DNA of 64,000 nucleotides from Myxococcota bacterium (GCA_965140415.1 OZ223209.1:2624001-2688000); one strand, 5' to 3'; counted from the stretch's first letter, positions 18,209 to 28,836 are shown. Notes: generated from the letters alone by a model not told the origin. Translations and numbers: made by a program.

Positions 18209-19450
18209 CTATTCTTCGCGATAGTAAAGCAGTTGGCTGTCTTTGGTCATGACAACCTTGATCGTGCGCAGCACTTCGTTGATGTCGCCCTGCGCCTTGA
18301 TCGTGAAGACGCCGCTCTCTACGGTGATCAACCTTTTCAACGCGCTTGCTCCGCTCGAACCGCCTTTTAATTCCAACACCAGTTCCGGACCCTTGGTCAG
18401 GAAATTAATAAAAGCCTTTTCATTCCAGAAGCCGCCGTTTTGCAATCTGAAATCCATGATTTCATCGATGATGCGCTGCATTTCGCTTTCGCCGGGAAGC
18501 GGCTCTTCCAGGTATTGCTCCAATAATGCTCGCATAACTTCGATGCCGCAGGTGTTCACGTTGATCTTACTGGTGCGATAGATCGTGAACGTGTCGGAGA
18601 ACAGCCGCCAGAAACGATCGTCGATTCCACTGACCATCTGCAATTCATCCAACGAGTCGAACAGATGGTTCCGGCTCGGGTAGGGCTCATCGAGGTAATC
18701 GTAGCGGCTGGATTCGTCTCCGGATTCGAAACCGCTGCGTTGCGTGTCCGAGTCGATCCAGTCGATGATCGCCGAGATGATTTCCTGGCGGTCGTGATAT
18801 TGACCGTGCTGGTCTGGATTTTCAAAAAGCGGATTGTATTTTACCGGCGAGAAAAGTCGCTCCAGTTCCGCCTTCATCAAGTTGACTTCCTGGTAATTTC
18901 CTGGGCGGATGGCGATATTGATTTTACTGTCTTCGTCGATGATTTCCGCATGGAAATGGCCATCGAATTCGCCAAAACCTTCTGCCTGACCGAAGGACAG
19001 CGCCTCGTCAATTGTCTGTGCCTGTTTACTGGCCTGGCTCTCTTCGTCGTCCAGTCCGGCTCCCAATACGGTATCCTTGAAAACGCTTTCCTGATCCTGC
19101 ATGGAAAACATGCCGCCGGCCACCGCACGAGCCAGGTCCGAATCGATCGGGATCATCTGCCACAATTGGATATTGGGCGGATTCTTTTTCCAGAACCGGC
19201 GAATCATGGTATCCACCGTGTTCTGCAAGTAGAAAATCAAGCGGGTGAAGTCGATAGCGGACCGGGCGAGGTAATAGGCGCGTGTGCGATCCCTGAAATT
19301 GGCCGTGGTTTGCAGATACACGCGCGATTCATACTGAAACTCCACGGAAATCACGGTGAGAATGACGATGACCGTCATCACCATGATCAGCGCCACGCCT
19401 TTGCGTCCCTGTAGCGCTTCCCGTCTGGAGTTTCTGTATTCCTCTGCCAT
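18209..19450 (-). CDS. gspK: Minor pseudopilin GspK
   Basis: RKG|VALIMV prepilin site; DEDSKINI, IIDWIDSD, DSLDELQMVSGI, KINVNT. Confidence 0.92.
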   Translation of the reverse strand: MAEEYRNSRREALQGRKGVALIMVMTVIVILTVISVEFQYESRVYLQTTANFRDRTRAYYLARSAIDFTRLIFYLQNTVDTMIRRFWKKNPPNIQLWQMIPIDSDLARAVAGGMFSMQDQESVFKDTVLGAGLDDEESQASKQAQTIDEALSFGQAEGFGEFDGHFHAEIIDEDSKINIAIRPGNYQEVNLMKAELERLFSPVKYNPLFENPDQHGQYHDRQEIISAIIDWIDSDTQRSGFESGDESSRYDYLDEPYPSRNHLFDSLDELQMVSGIDDRFWRLFSDTFTIYRTSKINVNTCGIEVMRALLEQYLEEPLPGESEMQRIIDEIMDFRLQNGGFWNEKAFINFLTKGPELVLELKGGSSGASALKRLITVESGVFTIKAQGDINEVLRTIKVVMTKDSQLLYYREE

Positions 19451-19462
19451 ACCCGTTCTCTT

Positions 19463-20158
19463 CTACAGCGAATTGAAATCCAAGGGCGTCGTCAACATGA
19501 TCTGCACCTTGGTGAAAAAGGTGATTTCCTTGTCGTTCTCGTCTAAAATCGTCAGTTCAATGGAAATCATCTGCGGCATACGCTCGAATTTCTCAACCTG
19601 GGACGTATCCCATTCTTCTACCCATTCTTTTTCCAACTCATCCCAAACTTTGATCTGAAAATCGATCACGTCTTCCGCCAATACCCGCTTAACGCCACCC
19701 CAGCTGGGCTCGTTGTCGATGCGGTTCTGTTCGCGACGCATGAGGTTGTATTGGTCCGGAATATCCGGGTCCGCTTCCAGGAAGTAACCGATTTCACATT
19801 GATCTGATTCGTCCACATCTTCGAACATTTTCATGTGTGCGAAAGAGGTGAAGTCGATGCGGTCGCCTGGGTCTTCGTTCATTACGCGGAAGATGTAGCG
19901 AGGCGATTCCTCCGTATTGGGGTCCACATGTTTAGACAGATACGCGCTGGGAATCTCGGTCGTCATGCGGTCCATGGCGATACGCACCTTATGGTAGCGC
20001 TCGTGAATGTTCCGCAAATACCCGGGGATTTCCAGGCTGCGGGCGAAAGAGCTGTATATCAGCGTGGACACCATAGCCAGGATCGTGACGGCAATCATCA
20101 CTTCCATCAGCGAAAAGCACCCCCGGCTGAAAAATGTAGGTTTCCGCTTCGCCATCAA
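19463..20158 (-). CDS. gspJ: Minor pseudopilin GspJ
   Basis: FSLMEVMIAV pilin helix, EIGYFL, LMRRE, EWVEEWD; -1 residue is Cys rather than Gly. Confidence 0.85.
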   Translation of the reverse strand: MMAKRKPTFFSRGCFSLMEVMIAVTILAMVSTLIYSSFARSLEIPGYLRNIHERYHKVRIAMDRMTTEIPSAYLSKHVDPNTEESPRYIFRVMNEDPGDRIDFTSFAHMKMFEDVDESDQCEIGYFLEADPDIPDQYNLMRREQNRIDNEPSWGGVKRVLAEDVIDFQIKVWDELEKEWVEEWDTSQVEKFERMPQMISIELTILDENDKEITFFTKVQIMLTTPLDFNSL

Positions 20159-20165
20159 TCCTCTG

Positions 20166-20813
20166 TCACTTGGTTGTGATCCCCGACGTACTTTTCGTCG
20201 AGGTCGTCAGGCTATTGGACTTGGAGGTCGCAGTCGTCAAACTGTTCGCTTTGTTTTGCAAACTGCCTACGCCACTGGTTGGAGCCTCCAACTGACCTGC
20301 TCTTCCAAGTTCGATGAAGTGGGTCGAAATCTTCACATTATCGAATTCGTCTTCGCCACCCCAGGTTACCGTCAGGTTGCATTCCCGCAGGGCATTGCCG
20401 ATCATATCCGTGAGCATCGAGGAATAACCCGACATCATCGATGCATAAGTGTTGTTACCCTCGCTGGAGCCAGGCATGTTGCTCGGGATGGGGAACTTCA
20501 CTTTGCTGATTTCCGCCACCCATTTGAAATCCGGCCAGCCTTCTTCTTCGAAATCGCCTTCCATGTTTTCCGCAAAATCGGAAAATCCCTCTTCAATCAA
20601 CTCTCGTTCGATATCCACCATTTTGCTGCGGGCCAACAATATAGCCACGGTGGCGTTCTTCACCCGGTTGGCCGCCATGATGGAGGAGCCCTGCACGTTG
20701 AAGATCGCAACTAGGCTGATCGCCAGAATGCCGATGGCGACCATGACCTCCATCAGGGTGAATCCTGCTCCCCCCGAAGGATTAATTGTCCTGCCATCAC
20801 CAGTCTTCTTCAT
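20166..20813 (-). CDS. gspI: Minor pseudopilin GspI
   Basis: GAG|FTLMEVMVA; LARSKM, EGDF, LTVTW. Confidence 0.85.
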   Translation of the reverse strand: MKKTGDGRTINPSGGAGFTLMEVMVAIGILAISLVAIFNVQGSSIMAANRVKNATVAILLARSKMVDIERELIEEGFSDFAENMEGDFEEEGWPDFKWVAEISKVKFPIPSNMPGSSEGNNTYASMMSGYSSMLTDMIGNALRECNLTVTWGGEDEFDNVKISTHFIELGRAGQLEAPTSGVGSLQNKANSLTTATSKSNSLTTSTKSTSGITTK

Positions 20814-21573
20814 CCAACTGCTCCTCGGGAAGATCTACCTGGCTGTCGGTTATGCTTGATCGTCCCGTTAATGATTGCACCATGATCGAATAGATTTCGT
20901 AATCCATCGGAGTCAGGTCGATATCTTCAAGGTCGCTTGTTTTCACAAGCCAGATAACAGCCCGCTCGCAATTGCCGTTTGGAAAAAGATGAATATTCAC
21001 CTTGCCGGTCGTTACCGCCTCGTCTACGCTTTCCGTATGAACGCCGAAAAACTTGACCTCTTTGGGCAGGCTGGTTCGCTTGCTCAAGTCCGTTTGATAC
21101 GTGGAAAAAGCGGCTTTCTTCTTTTTGAATTTATTGGCGAAATCCGACCAGCCCTGCCACTTGTAATTTTCCGGATCGTCGAACAAAATTTCATTGTCGA
21201 ACAAAGGCTGATCTTCTTCCTCTTCGTCGTCGTCTTCTTCAATGACGATGGCTCCTTCTTCAACCGTCAGAGGTTTCTGGCTTAGGAAGAAGGGATCTTT
21301 GGTGGATTCCGCCCAATACTGACCACTGTCCAGATCGATCACCAAGCGAATGTAGATCCGCTCCAGAATGGCACGGTCATACAGAAACTTGATGTTGCCC
21401 GCCATTTTCTGTGCGGCGGTTTTCTGATAGACGTTGGCCATGCTGTTCACCAGTGGAATGGAAGCGCCCATCAGAATGGCGACGATCAGCAGGCTGATGA
21501 TCATTTCGATCAGAGTAAAACCTGCTTTGTTGCATGGTCGTCGCCTTCGATCTGGTTCAGTCGGTCGAATCAT
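20797..21573 (-). CDS. gspH: Minor pseudopilin GspH
   Basis: KAG|FTLIEMII; LFPNG; SLTGR; position between gspG and gspI. Confidence 0.82.
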   Translation of the reverse strand: MIRPTEPDRRRRPCNKAGFTLIEMIISLLIVAILMGASIPLVNSMANVYQKTAAQKMAGNIKFLYDRAILERIYIRLVIDLDSGQYWAESTKDPFFLSQKPLTVEEGAIVIEEDDDEEEEDQPLFDNEILFDDPENYKWQGWSDFANKFKKKKAAFSTYQTDLSKRTSLPKEVKFFGVHTESVDEAVTTGKVNIHLFPNGNCERAVIWLVKTSDLEDIDLTPMDYEIYSIMVQSLTGRSSITDSQVDLPEEQLDEEDW

Positions 21574-21585
21574 AAACTCCTTTTG

Positions 21586-22005
21586 TTATCCTTCGGTGTC
21601 CCAGTTCTCGATGTCATCCGCGCCACCGTCTGCTCCATCGGGACCATAGGACTCGATATCGAAAGACGAGGTGTTGTGCGTACCGGGGGAGATGTAGATG
21701 TAATCCCGGTTCCACGGATCCTTGGGAATGGTGCGCATGTACGGTTTCTTGTTGTTGGGCGGACTGGTCAGAATATTCAATCCCTCACTTGTGCTCGGGT
21801 AAACGCCGAAGTCGAGCTTAAACAAATCCAACGCTTGTCCGAAATCGTGAATTTGCGTTTTGGACGCTTTCATTTTCGCTTCTTCCAACTGATCCAGAAC
21901 GGCCACGCCAACCATTCCGGCGATCAGACCTAGAATCACCATAACGACCATGATTTCCAACAGGGTCATACCGCTGTTTCCCGATAAAGACGGCCTCATC
22001 TTCAC
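21586..22005 (-). CDS. gspG: Major pseudopilin GspG
   Basis: SG|MTLLEIMVV, ALDLFKLDFGVYPST, PKDPW, SYGPDG..GG..DI.NW. Confidence 0.95.
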   Translation of the reverse strand: MKMRPSLSGNSGMTLLEIMVVMVILGLIAGMVGVAVLDQLEEAKMKASKTQIHDFGQALDLFKLDFGVYPSTSEGLNILTSPPNNKKPYMRTIPKDPWNRDYIYISPGTHNTSSFDIESYGPDGADGGADDIENWDTEG

Positions 22006-22068
22006 ATCCTCCTTTTAAAAGTCCGAATCGGATAGCCTATGCCATCCGTTGTATGTCCGTTTCCACCA

Positions 22069-23319
22069 CTAACCGAGTTGCTGGTTGATTTGCAGGATCG
22101 GCAGCAGAATGGACAGAACGATAAACGTCACAACTACACCCATAACAATAATCATAAAGGGTTCCAACAGGGAGGTCAGCGCTCCCAGTTTGCTTTCTAC
22201 CTGCACGTCATAGTTTTTCGATACGTGCCCAAGCATTTCCTCCAATTGTCCCGAACGTTCACCGACTGCAATCATGTGGGTTACGATCGGCGGGAATTCT
22301 CCACTTCGTTTCAAAGGTCCGGCGATGCTTTCGCCTTCGCGGATTTCTTCACGCGCTTTTTCCAGCACGTTTACCAGAATGACGTTGTCTAAAATGTTTT
22401 TCACAATTTCCATCGCATTTAAAAGCGGCACGCCGGAAGAGAGCAGGGTGGCCAGCGTACGCGAAAAGCGCGACACGGCGATCATGCGCACCAGGTCTCC
22501 GACAATCGGTGCGGTCAAGGTCAAACGATCCCAGCGCTTGCGCCCTTTCTTCGAGTTTTTCCAGCGACGGAAAAGATAAAAAACCAGAACAAAGAAAAGG
22601 ATAATCGCCCACCAGTAACTGCTGACCAGTTCGCTTGCGCCGATCAGGATGCGGGTCGCAATAGGCAGGGTGATCTTGGCCTCTTCGAAAATCTTCGTGA
22701 TTTTCGGAATGACCAGCACGAACAGAATGCCGACCACGACCACCGCAAAAATCAGCATGATGATCGGATAGGTCATCGCGCCCTGGATTTTGGATCGCAG
22801 CGCCATCTGGTTTTCGGTATAGTCCGCCAGACGATCCATAACGATGTCCAGTGAGCCGGAGCTTTCTCCGGCGGCTACCATATTCGTATACAATGGTGGG
22901 AACAGCTTTGGATAATCCGCCATGGCGGTAGACATCGAGGAACCTTCGTTGACGCGCTCTCGGATATGTGACAGCGTTTTCTTGAACTGCTCGTTCTCGA
23001 CCTGATCGATAATGGCGGTAAGCGATTCGATTACCGTAATGTTGGCGCCGATCATGTTTGCCAGCAAACGGGTGGTAATGGCGATATCGGCCTGTGAGAT
23101 CCGTTGGAAATACTGCTTGAAATCGATCTGCTTGGAAAGCAGCTTGCTCGACTCGCCGCTTTTGCGCCCTTTTTTGTCTGCGGCTCCCTCTACGAGGTCG
23201 CTCAGGAAAACACCGGTCTTTTTAAGCTTTTCCTTCGCAGCACGGGAAGACTCGGCATCGATGATACCTTTTCTGTTCTTCCCTTTGGCGTCAACGCCTT
23301 TCCATTCATAAACAGGCAT
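22069..23319 (-). CDS. gspF: Type II secretion inner-membrane platform GspF
   Basis: MPVYEWKG, AGESSGSLD, AMTYP, SSGVPLL, VGERSGQLEEML, SLLEP. Confidence 0.96.
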   Translation of the reverse strand: MPVYEWKGVDAKGKNRKGIIDAESSRAAKEKLKKTGVFLSDLVEGAADKKGRKSGESSKLLSKQIDFKQYFQRISQADIAITTRLLANMIGANITVIESLTAIIDQVENEQFKKTLSHIRERVNEGSSMSTAMADYPKLFPPLYTNMVAAGESSGSLDIVMDRLADYTENQMALRSKIQGAMTYPIIMLIFAVVVVGILFVLVIPKITKIFEEAKITLPIATRILIGASELVSSYWWAIILFFVLVFYLFRRWKNSKKGRKRWDRLTLTAPIVGDLVRMIAVSRFSRTLATLLSSGVPLLNAMEIVKNILDNVILVNVLEKAREEIREGESIAGPLKRSGEFPPIVTHMIAVGERSGQLEEMLGHVSKNYDVQVESKLGALTSLLEPFMIIVMGVVVTFIVLSILLPILQINQQLG

Positions 23320-23336
23320 GGGTTCCTACTTAGCAG

Positions 23337-25031
23337 TTACACTTCATCGGTTACGATTTCATCCTGGGTTACGCGCATGACTTCTTCTACCGTTGTGTGG
23401 CCATGCGAAATTTTCTCTACGCCATCCATACGAAGCGTCAACATGCCGCTTCGCAGAGCGCGGCGCTTGATCGAATTGGAGTCGGCGCCGTTTAGCACCA
23501 TGGTCTGCAACTCGTCGGTAATTTCCATCAACTCGAAAATACCCATTCGGCCTTTGTAGCCTTTGTTCATGCAGGTCGGACAACCGACCGGACGATAAAA
23601 GGGTGCAGTCAAACTGGTTCGGTCCAGCCCGATGTTGTGAAGCTCTTCATCCGTCGGATCGTAGGCTTCTTTACAGACTGGGCAGACCAGGCGCACGAGG
23701 CGCTGAGCGAGAATGCCGATAACGGAGGACACGACCAGGAATGGCTCAACGCCCATGTCGATCAGTCGCGTGACCGTGCTAGCGGCATCGTTGGTATGGA
23801 TCGTGGAAAAGACCAAGTGACCGGTCAAGGATGCTTGAATGGCGATTTCCGCCGTTTCAAGGTCACGAATTTCACCGACCATGATAACGTCCGGATCCTG
23901 TCGCAGAATAGAGCGCAGACCACGGGCAAAGGTCATGCCGATTTTCGAATTCACCGGAATCTGGCTGATGCCGGGAAGCTGGTACTCGACCGGATCTTCC
24001 GTCGTGATGATGTTCTTGTCCGGCGTGTTGATTTCCGATAGCGCCGAATACAGCGTGGTTGTTTTACCTGAACCGGTTGGTCCGGTAACCAGAATAATGC
24101 CGTGGGTCTGCTTGATCAGGCGGCGGAAAATAACATCCTGCTTTTCCAAAAAGCCGAGACTTTCCATCGAGAGCAGTACTGCCGAGCGATCCAGCAAACG
24201 CATAACCAGGCGCTCTCCGTGGGAGGTCGGCAGGGTGGACAAGCGAATGTCCACGTCTTTGCCTGCGATCTTGATGCGGATACGACCGTCTTGCGGCAGA
24301 CGTTTTTCCGCGATGTTGAGATCACCCATGATCTTTACACGCGAAGTAATCGAAGCCTGGGCGCTTTTGGGTGGACGGGTGACTTCGTAGAGCACACCAT
24401 CGATGCGCAGACGCACCGAGATGTCGTTTTCCATCGGCTCGATATGAATATCGCTGGCGCGCTCTTTTACCGCCCGGAAAAGCAGGTTGTTGACAAAGCG
24501 AATAATCGGCGCATCGTCGTCGCCGCCGACCAGGATGTCGGTGATTTCCGTGTCTTCTTCGTCATCCGATTTTTTCAGGTTTTCGTCTTCCAGATCGCGG
24601 TTGTAGCGATCGGCTTCGGAATACACCTGGTTGATGGCGTTTAATACGCGCTGAAAGCCTGCCGTAGTGATTTCGATCTCACTATTGAATATCAGGCGTA
24701 GATCGTCCATCGCGAACAGTTCGAGCGGTTCGGATGTGGCGATGCGTACACGGTCGTCGTTTTTGTCGACCGGAATGAACTTGAACTTTTTACAGAAGCT
24801 GATGGGAAGCTTTTCCACGAGATTGACGTCGATATCGCGCGGCAATTCCGGCATGTAATCGATGCCGAGTTGTTGCGAGAGCGCAAACGCGATTTCCTCT
24901 TCGTTGACCGCTTTCGCACCGATCAGCAGTTCGCCTATTCGACCGCCGCGTTCCTCCTGCTGCTCCAAAGCCTGTTTGACTTGTTCCGCCGTGCAGCTCG
25001 ATTTGTTGATGAGCAGTTCGCCCAGTTGCAT
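23337..25031 (-). CDS. gspE: Type II secretion ATPase GspE
   Basis: ASDIHIEP, AEKRLPQDGR, GPTGSGKTTT, LRQDPDVIMVGEIRD, tetra-Cys CPVC/CPTC. Confidence 0.97.
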   Translation of the reverse strand: MQLGELLINKSSCTAEQVKQALEQQEERGGRIGELLIGAKAVNEEEIAFALSQQLGIDYMPELPRDIDVNLVEKLPISFCKKFKFIPVDKNDDRVRIATSEPLELFAMDDLRLIFNSEIEITTAGFQRVLNAINQVYSEADRYNRDLEDENLKKSDDEEDTEITDILVGGDDDAPIIRFVNNLLFRAVKERASDIHIEPMENDISVRLRIDGVLYEVTRPPKSAQASITSRVKIMGDLNIAEKRLPQDGRIRIKIAGKDVDIRLSTLPTSHGERLVMRLLDRSAVLLSMESLGFLEKQDVIFRRLIKQTHGIILVTGPTGSGKTTTLYSALSEINTPDKNIITTEDPVEYQLPGISQIPVNSKIGMTFARGLRSILRQDPDVIMVGEIRDLETAEIAIQASLTGHLVFSTIHTNDAASTVTRLIDMGVEPFLVVSSVIGILAQRLVRLVCPVCKEAYDPTDEELHNIGLDRTSLTAPFYRPVGCPTCMNKGYKGRMGIFELMEITDELQTMVLNGADSNSIKRRALRSGMLTLRMDGVEKISHGHTTVEEVMRVTQDEIVTDEV

Positions 25032-25052
25032 ATCAATACTCTCCTGGCCGCG

Positions 25053-27764
25053 CTATTCGGATTCCGTCTTGTCGGAACTACGACGATTGAACAGGCTATC
25101 CATCATCAGGTCACCCTTCGACTTGCGTGAGGGCGGGGGAGGCGTGGAAATCGACGACTGCTCGTCGCTGCCGCTGGTAGTGGAACGTGCGCCGGAGGTT
25201 CCGATCTCCACCGCATGGTGTCCTTCTTCTGGCATGATCACCGTCTCCTGCTCTTCCAATGCCTGCTGCTGACGGGTCTTTTCCTTTTCTTCGTAGGCAT
25301 AACGGATCGATTCGATCAGACCGGTTTTCTGTGTGTAGTCCACTTCAAACTCGTAATCGTCATCGGTTCCGTAGAACTTACGTAAAAATTCGTTGCGCTC
25401 GTCCATCTTGCGTTTGAAAATCCGCTTGAAATCATCCTCTGTCTTGATGATGTGCGGCGTCAGGAAAATCAGCAGGTTGGTTTTTTCAGAGGAGTCCTTG
25501 TCGCGACGGAAGAGGCGGCCCAGCACCGGCAGATCGCCGAAGAAAGGCACTTTCTCCACGTCGCTCTTCTGCGTGTCACGCAACAAACCACCGATGACGA
25601 TCGTCTGGTTGTCCTTTACTACCACCGTACTTTTCGCCGCACGCTTGGTCGTGGTCGGTCCCAGCGTTTCACTGATCGACTGCAACTCGGTGATTTCCTG
25701 TTGCACCTGTAGACGAACGTAATTGCTTTCGTTGATCTGCGGTTTGATCTTCATGGTCAACGCAACATCCTGGCGCTGAATGGAAAGCACCGGGCGGTTA
25801 TTGACGTCGCGGGCCTGGCCGGTAATGAACGGCACGTTTTGACCGACGATGATTTCCGCCTCTTCGTTGTCCATCGTTAGAATGTGTGGAGTCGACAGTA
25901 CGTTGGCATCCGAATCGGTTTGCAGGAATTGGATGATCGCTCCGAAAGACGGGATGGAAATACCATCGCCCAGTAGACCTTCCGTACCGGCAACATCGGG
26001 ACCGCGCAGACCAACCGCCATTCCGGAGAGTGCGGTGGGGTCGAGCGCAATCGCATTCAAAGTGCCTACCGCCGTTCCTGCATAGAGCGGAATGGTTTCA
26101 CCCATGATGTCCATTGCATATCCACCCGCAAGCGCGATGCCCTGCTGGTTGTCACGCTTCAGTGAAACTTCGATGATGACGGCTTCTACGAAGACCTGGC
26201 GGCGACGAATATCCAATTGGCCGATGACACGCTTGAGCTGCGTGTAATCTTTGGTGGAGGCAACGATCACCAGGGAGTTGGTGGCCTTGTCTGCCGTAAT
26301 CTTGACTTCGCCTTCGAATAATTCGCCGGAGGCTGCACCTTTCTTTTTACCTTTGGAAGAAGCTGATTTGCCACGCCCTGCCATACCGGTCAGTGTGGTG
26401 GCCAATTCATCGGCGTTGGCATTTTCCAGGTAATACACGTGCACCTGGCCGTCGCCGGGAATCGGAACGTCCAGGCGATTGATCATGTCCAGGATACGCG
26501 GCATGGCATCGCGCGGAGCGACGATAATCAACTGGTTGGTTCGTTCGTCGGCAATAACATTGGAAAGGGTGACCTGGGTTTCACTGGATTCATCGGCGGA
26601 TGATGATTTTTTCCCTCGTTTGCTGGTGCGTTTTGATGTGCTTTTCGATTTGCCCGCAGCCTTTTCGCCGAAAATCTGTTCCAGCGTTTCAGCAACATCG
26701 GAGGCACTGGCATAATAGATGTCGATGACGTGAATGGAATCACGACCGCCGGGAACATCCAGTTCATTCATTATTTTGACCATGCGCCGAATATTGATGG
26801 CGGTATCGGTCAGAATAAGGGTGCCGGTAGGTTCAAAGGTGATGATGCTGCCGTTTTTGGATTTCAGATCCTTCAGGATCTTGTCGACATCTTTCAAATC
26901 GATATGTTTCAGCTTGAAAAGATACGTAATGATTTCATCGGAAGGATCGGTGCTGCCGCCATCGAGATAGGTTTTCAACGGCGTGCGTTGCGAATCGCGT
27001 ACATCGATGATTTTGTAAAACTTTCCAACACGTACCAGTGTCAGGTCACGAGACTCCAAGGCGGAAATGAACGCCTGCCACGCCTCTTCGCGGCTGACCG
27101 GATTCGGAGAAATAATCGTAATCTTGCCACCTTTTACCTTCTCCGGGAGGATAAAATTGACCTTGAATTTTTCAGACATCTGCTTGACGAATTCGAGCAG
27201 ATCCTGTTCGAAGAAGTCAATATGATACAGAACACCGGCTTGGTATTCTTCGTATTTGTGTGCGTTGTCGCCCTGATCCTCGCCACCGCCGGACGTCCCG
27301 GATGCGCCTTCACCGGCTTTGGCTGCCGCTGCGGCGTTATCGATGGCTCCAGGTGCGGGAAGGCGTGTGGTTTTGCCACGCACGCCGGAATCGGAAGCGG
27401 GCGGCGGGGGGGGAGGCGGAGTCGCCGTACGCTTTACTGCCGACTGTCCTTTAAGTCCCGCCGGACCGGAGCGCTGCGATTTGCTGGGACCGGAGGGTAG
27501 TTTCATGGAGCCGCTCTGGCCTCGCTGCGGTTGCAGTGTAGGCTTGGAGTTGATCTTCTCAGGAGAAAGCTTGGTTTTGGTTTTTCCTTTTTTCTCCTTT
27601 TTCCCTTTGTCATCCTTCGTCGCCTTGGTTTTAAAACTGGGGGCTCCGAAATTCGGCTGATCGTCGGTTTTTTCTTCTTGTGCCGCCGCCCAGTGTTCAA
27701 CCGGCAACGCCAGTCCCAACAGTAGCAGCAGAGCAAGGCCAAAACGCAGGGCTGTTTTTCGCAT
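25053..27764 (-). CDS. gspD: Type II secretion secretin GspD with long K/P/S-rich N-terminal extension
   Basis: Start MRKT after GAAGGAG; ADERTNQLII, DKATNSLVI, QVFVEAVIIEV, VGQNVPF, KVPFFGDLPVLGRLF, LLIFLTPHII. Confidence 0.96.
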   Translation of the reverse strand: MRKTALRFGLALLLLLGLALPVEHWAAAQEEKTDDQPNFGAPSFKTKATKDDKGKKEKKGKTKTKLSPEKINSKPTLQPQRGQSGSMKLPSGPSKSQRSGPAGLKGQSAVKRTATPPPPPPPASDSGVRGKTTRLPAPGAIDNAAAAAKAGEGASGTSGGGEDQGDNAHKYEEYQAGVLYHIDFFEQDLLEFVKQMSEKFKVNFILPEKVKGGKITIISPNPVSREEAWQAFISALESRDLTLVRVGKFYKIIDVRDSQRTPLKTYLDGGSTDPSDEIITYLFKLKHIDLKDVDKILKDLKSKNGSIITFEPTGTLILTDTAINIRRMVKIMNELDVPGGRDSIHVIDIYYASASDVAETLEQIFGEKAAGKSKSTSKRTSKRGKKSSSADESSETQVTLSNVIADERTNQLIIVAPRDAMPRILDMINRLDVPIPGDGQVHVYYLENANADELATTLTGMAGRGKSASSKGKKKGAASGELFEGEVKITADKATNSLVIVASTKDYTQLKRVIGQLDIRRRQVFVEAVIIEVSLKRDNQQGIALAGGYAMDIMGETIPLYAGTAVGTLNAIALDPTALSGMAVGLRGPDVAGTEGLLGDGISIPSFGAIIQFLQTDSDANVLSTPHILTMDNEEAEIIVGQNVPFITGQARDVNNRPVLSIQRQDVALTMKIKPQINESNYVRLQVQQEITELQSISETLGPTTTKRAAKSTVVVKDNQTIVIGGLLRDTQKSDVEKVPFFGDLPVLGRLFRRDKDSSEKTNLLIFLTPHIIKTEDDFKRIFKRKMDERNEFLRKFYGTDDDYEFEVDYTQKTGLIESIRYAYEEKEKTRQQQALEEQETVIMPEEGHHAVEIGTSGARSTTSGSDEQSSISTPPPPSRKSKGDLMMDSLFNRRSSDKTESE

Positions 27765-27794
27765 CAAGTCGGTCTCCTTCTCCCAAACCAATGT

Positions 27795-28721
27795 CTACTG
27801 AATCGTGTAATCGACCGAGACTTTTGAGCCTCGTCGCAGTAGATCCAGGGTGAATCCTTTTTCCGAACGTAGTTTCGAATAAATTTCAAGCGCTTTTTCC
27901 GGGCTGTCCAGGTCCATGCCGTTGACGCGCTGGATGATGTCGCCGTTTTTAATGCCGATTTTCTGATAAAGCGAACCCGGCTTGATGGAGTAAATCCGGA
28001 AGCCGTTGCCTTTGCCGTTTTTAAAGCTAGGAACGATCCTGGCTTGAGTGGCAAGGGCGTTCATGTTTTCAAGGGCCCGGTTCAGTTCGCCTTCTGCGAT
28101 GATGTATTCCGTTTCGCTTACCTTGCGAATGCCGTCTCCAGCTTCCGCCGCAGCGTCTTCGGGTGTTTTCGGCTTTTTCTTTTCATCCAATTCGCCATGT
28201 ACCAGGCATTCGATCCGGTTACCGTTGCGAACGAAAACCAGTTTTCTTTTCACGGAAAGTACACTGCCCGACGAGCCGATTTTGTCCCCGATTTCGTAGA
28301 TCATCGTTTTTTTATCTGAATCTTCAACGATGGCGTAGGATTGGCTTGGATCGCTGGCTTCCACCGTGGCCATCAGCGTTCCGCCACTAAAAACACCCTG
28401 GCACTGGGATTCGGAATCGAATTCTTCCGGGTTTTCCGGGATAGGTTCTGCGGGCTTGCTGTCGTCGACTTCTTCAAGAGGCTCTTGCGGAGTCATAGCT
28501 TCGCCGGTGAACGGGTTCACACTTGCCTTTCGGGAAGACGGTTTTTTGGGTGGTTCTGCACCTGTATCTGCCTGAGCGCTTTGTACCGGCACGGTCAGTT
28601 CCGTATCGGAAAGGAGGTAGCCGCCTACGAACGTGTTGATCGATTGTGCCGCCAGATAAGCACACAGAGCGATCGTGACCAGGTTGATTGTCCAAAAATA
28701 TTTTCGAATGTATTTTTCCAT
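27795..28721 (-). CDS. gspC: Type II secretion protein GspC (HR and PDZ domains)
   Basis: N-terminal TM, HR domain, ARIVPSFKNG, PDZ GIKNGDIIQRVNG. Confidence 0.93.
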   Translation of the reverse strand: MEKYIRKYFWTINLVTIALCAYLAAQSINTFVGGYLLSDTELTVPVQSAQADTGAEPPKKPSSRKASVNPFTGEAMTPQEPLEEVDDSKPAEPIPENPEEFDSESQCQGVFSGGTLMATVEASDPSQSYAIVEDSDKKTMIYEIGDKIGSSGSVLSVKRKLVFVRNGNRIECLVHGELDEKKKPKTPEDAAAEAGDGIRKVSETEYIIAEGELNRALENMNALATQARIVPSFKNGKGNGFRIYSIKPGSLYQKIGIKNGDIIQRVNGMDLDSPEKALEIYSKLRSEKGFTLDLLRRGSKVSVDYTIQ

Positions 28722-28780
28722 ACATCACCCTTTGCGAGCGGGATCTAAATTTAACCGCACTATTACCTGGAGTTTGAATT

Positions 28781-28796
28781 AGCAATTTTCGTGCCT
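28781..28796 (-). promoter_or_regulatory. sigma54 (-24/-12) promoter of the gsp operon
   Basis: Minus strand AGGCACG-AAAA-TTGCT versus consensus TGGCACG-N4-TTGCW, 60 bp upstream of gspC. Confidence 0.8.
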
Positions 28797-28823
28797 TGTT
28801 TGCTGTTGTAAAAATACAAGGAA

Positions 28824-28836
28824 TATCAGTTTGTTA
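28824..28836 (+). promoter_or_regulatory. IHF binding site
   Basis: TATCAG-TTTG-TTA matches WATCAR-N4-TTR, preceded by an A-tract, between the sigma54 promoter and the palindromes. Confidence 0.6.

Noticed and set aside
14441-28721. Type IV pilus or competence cluster
   Set aside because: GspC-PDZ, GspG, GspK and GspN signatures and C-to-N gene order indicate T2SS; no PilT; the missing prepilin peptidase is commonly encoded elsewhere
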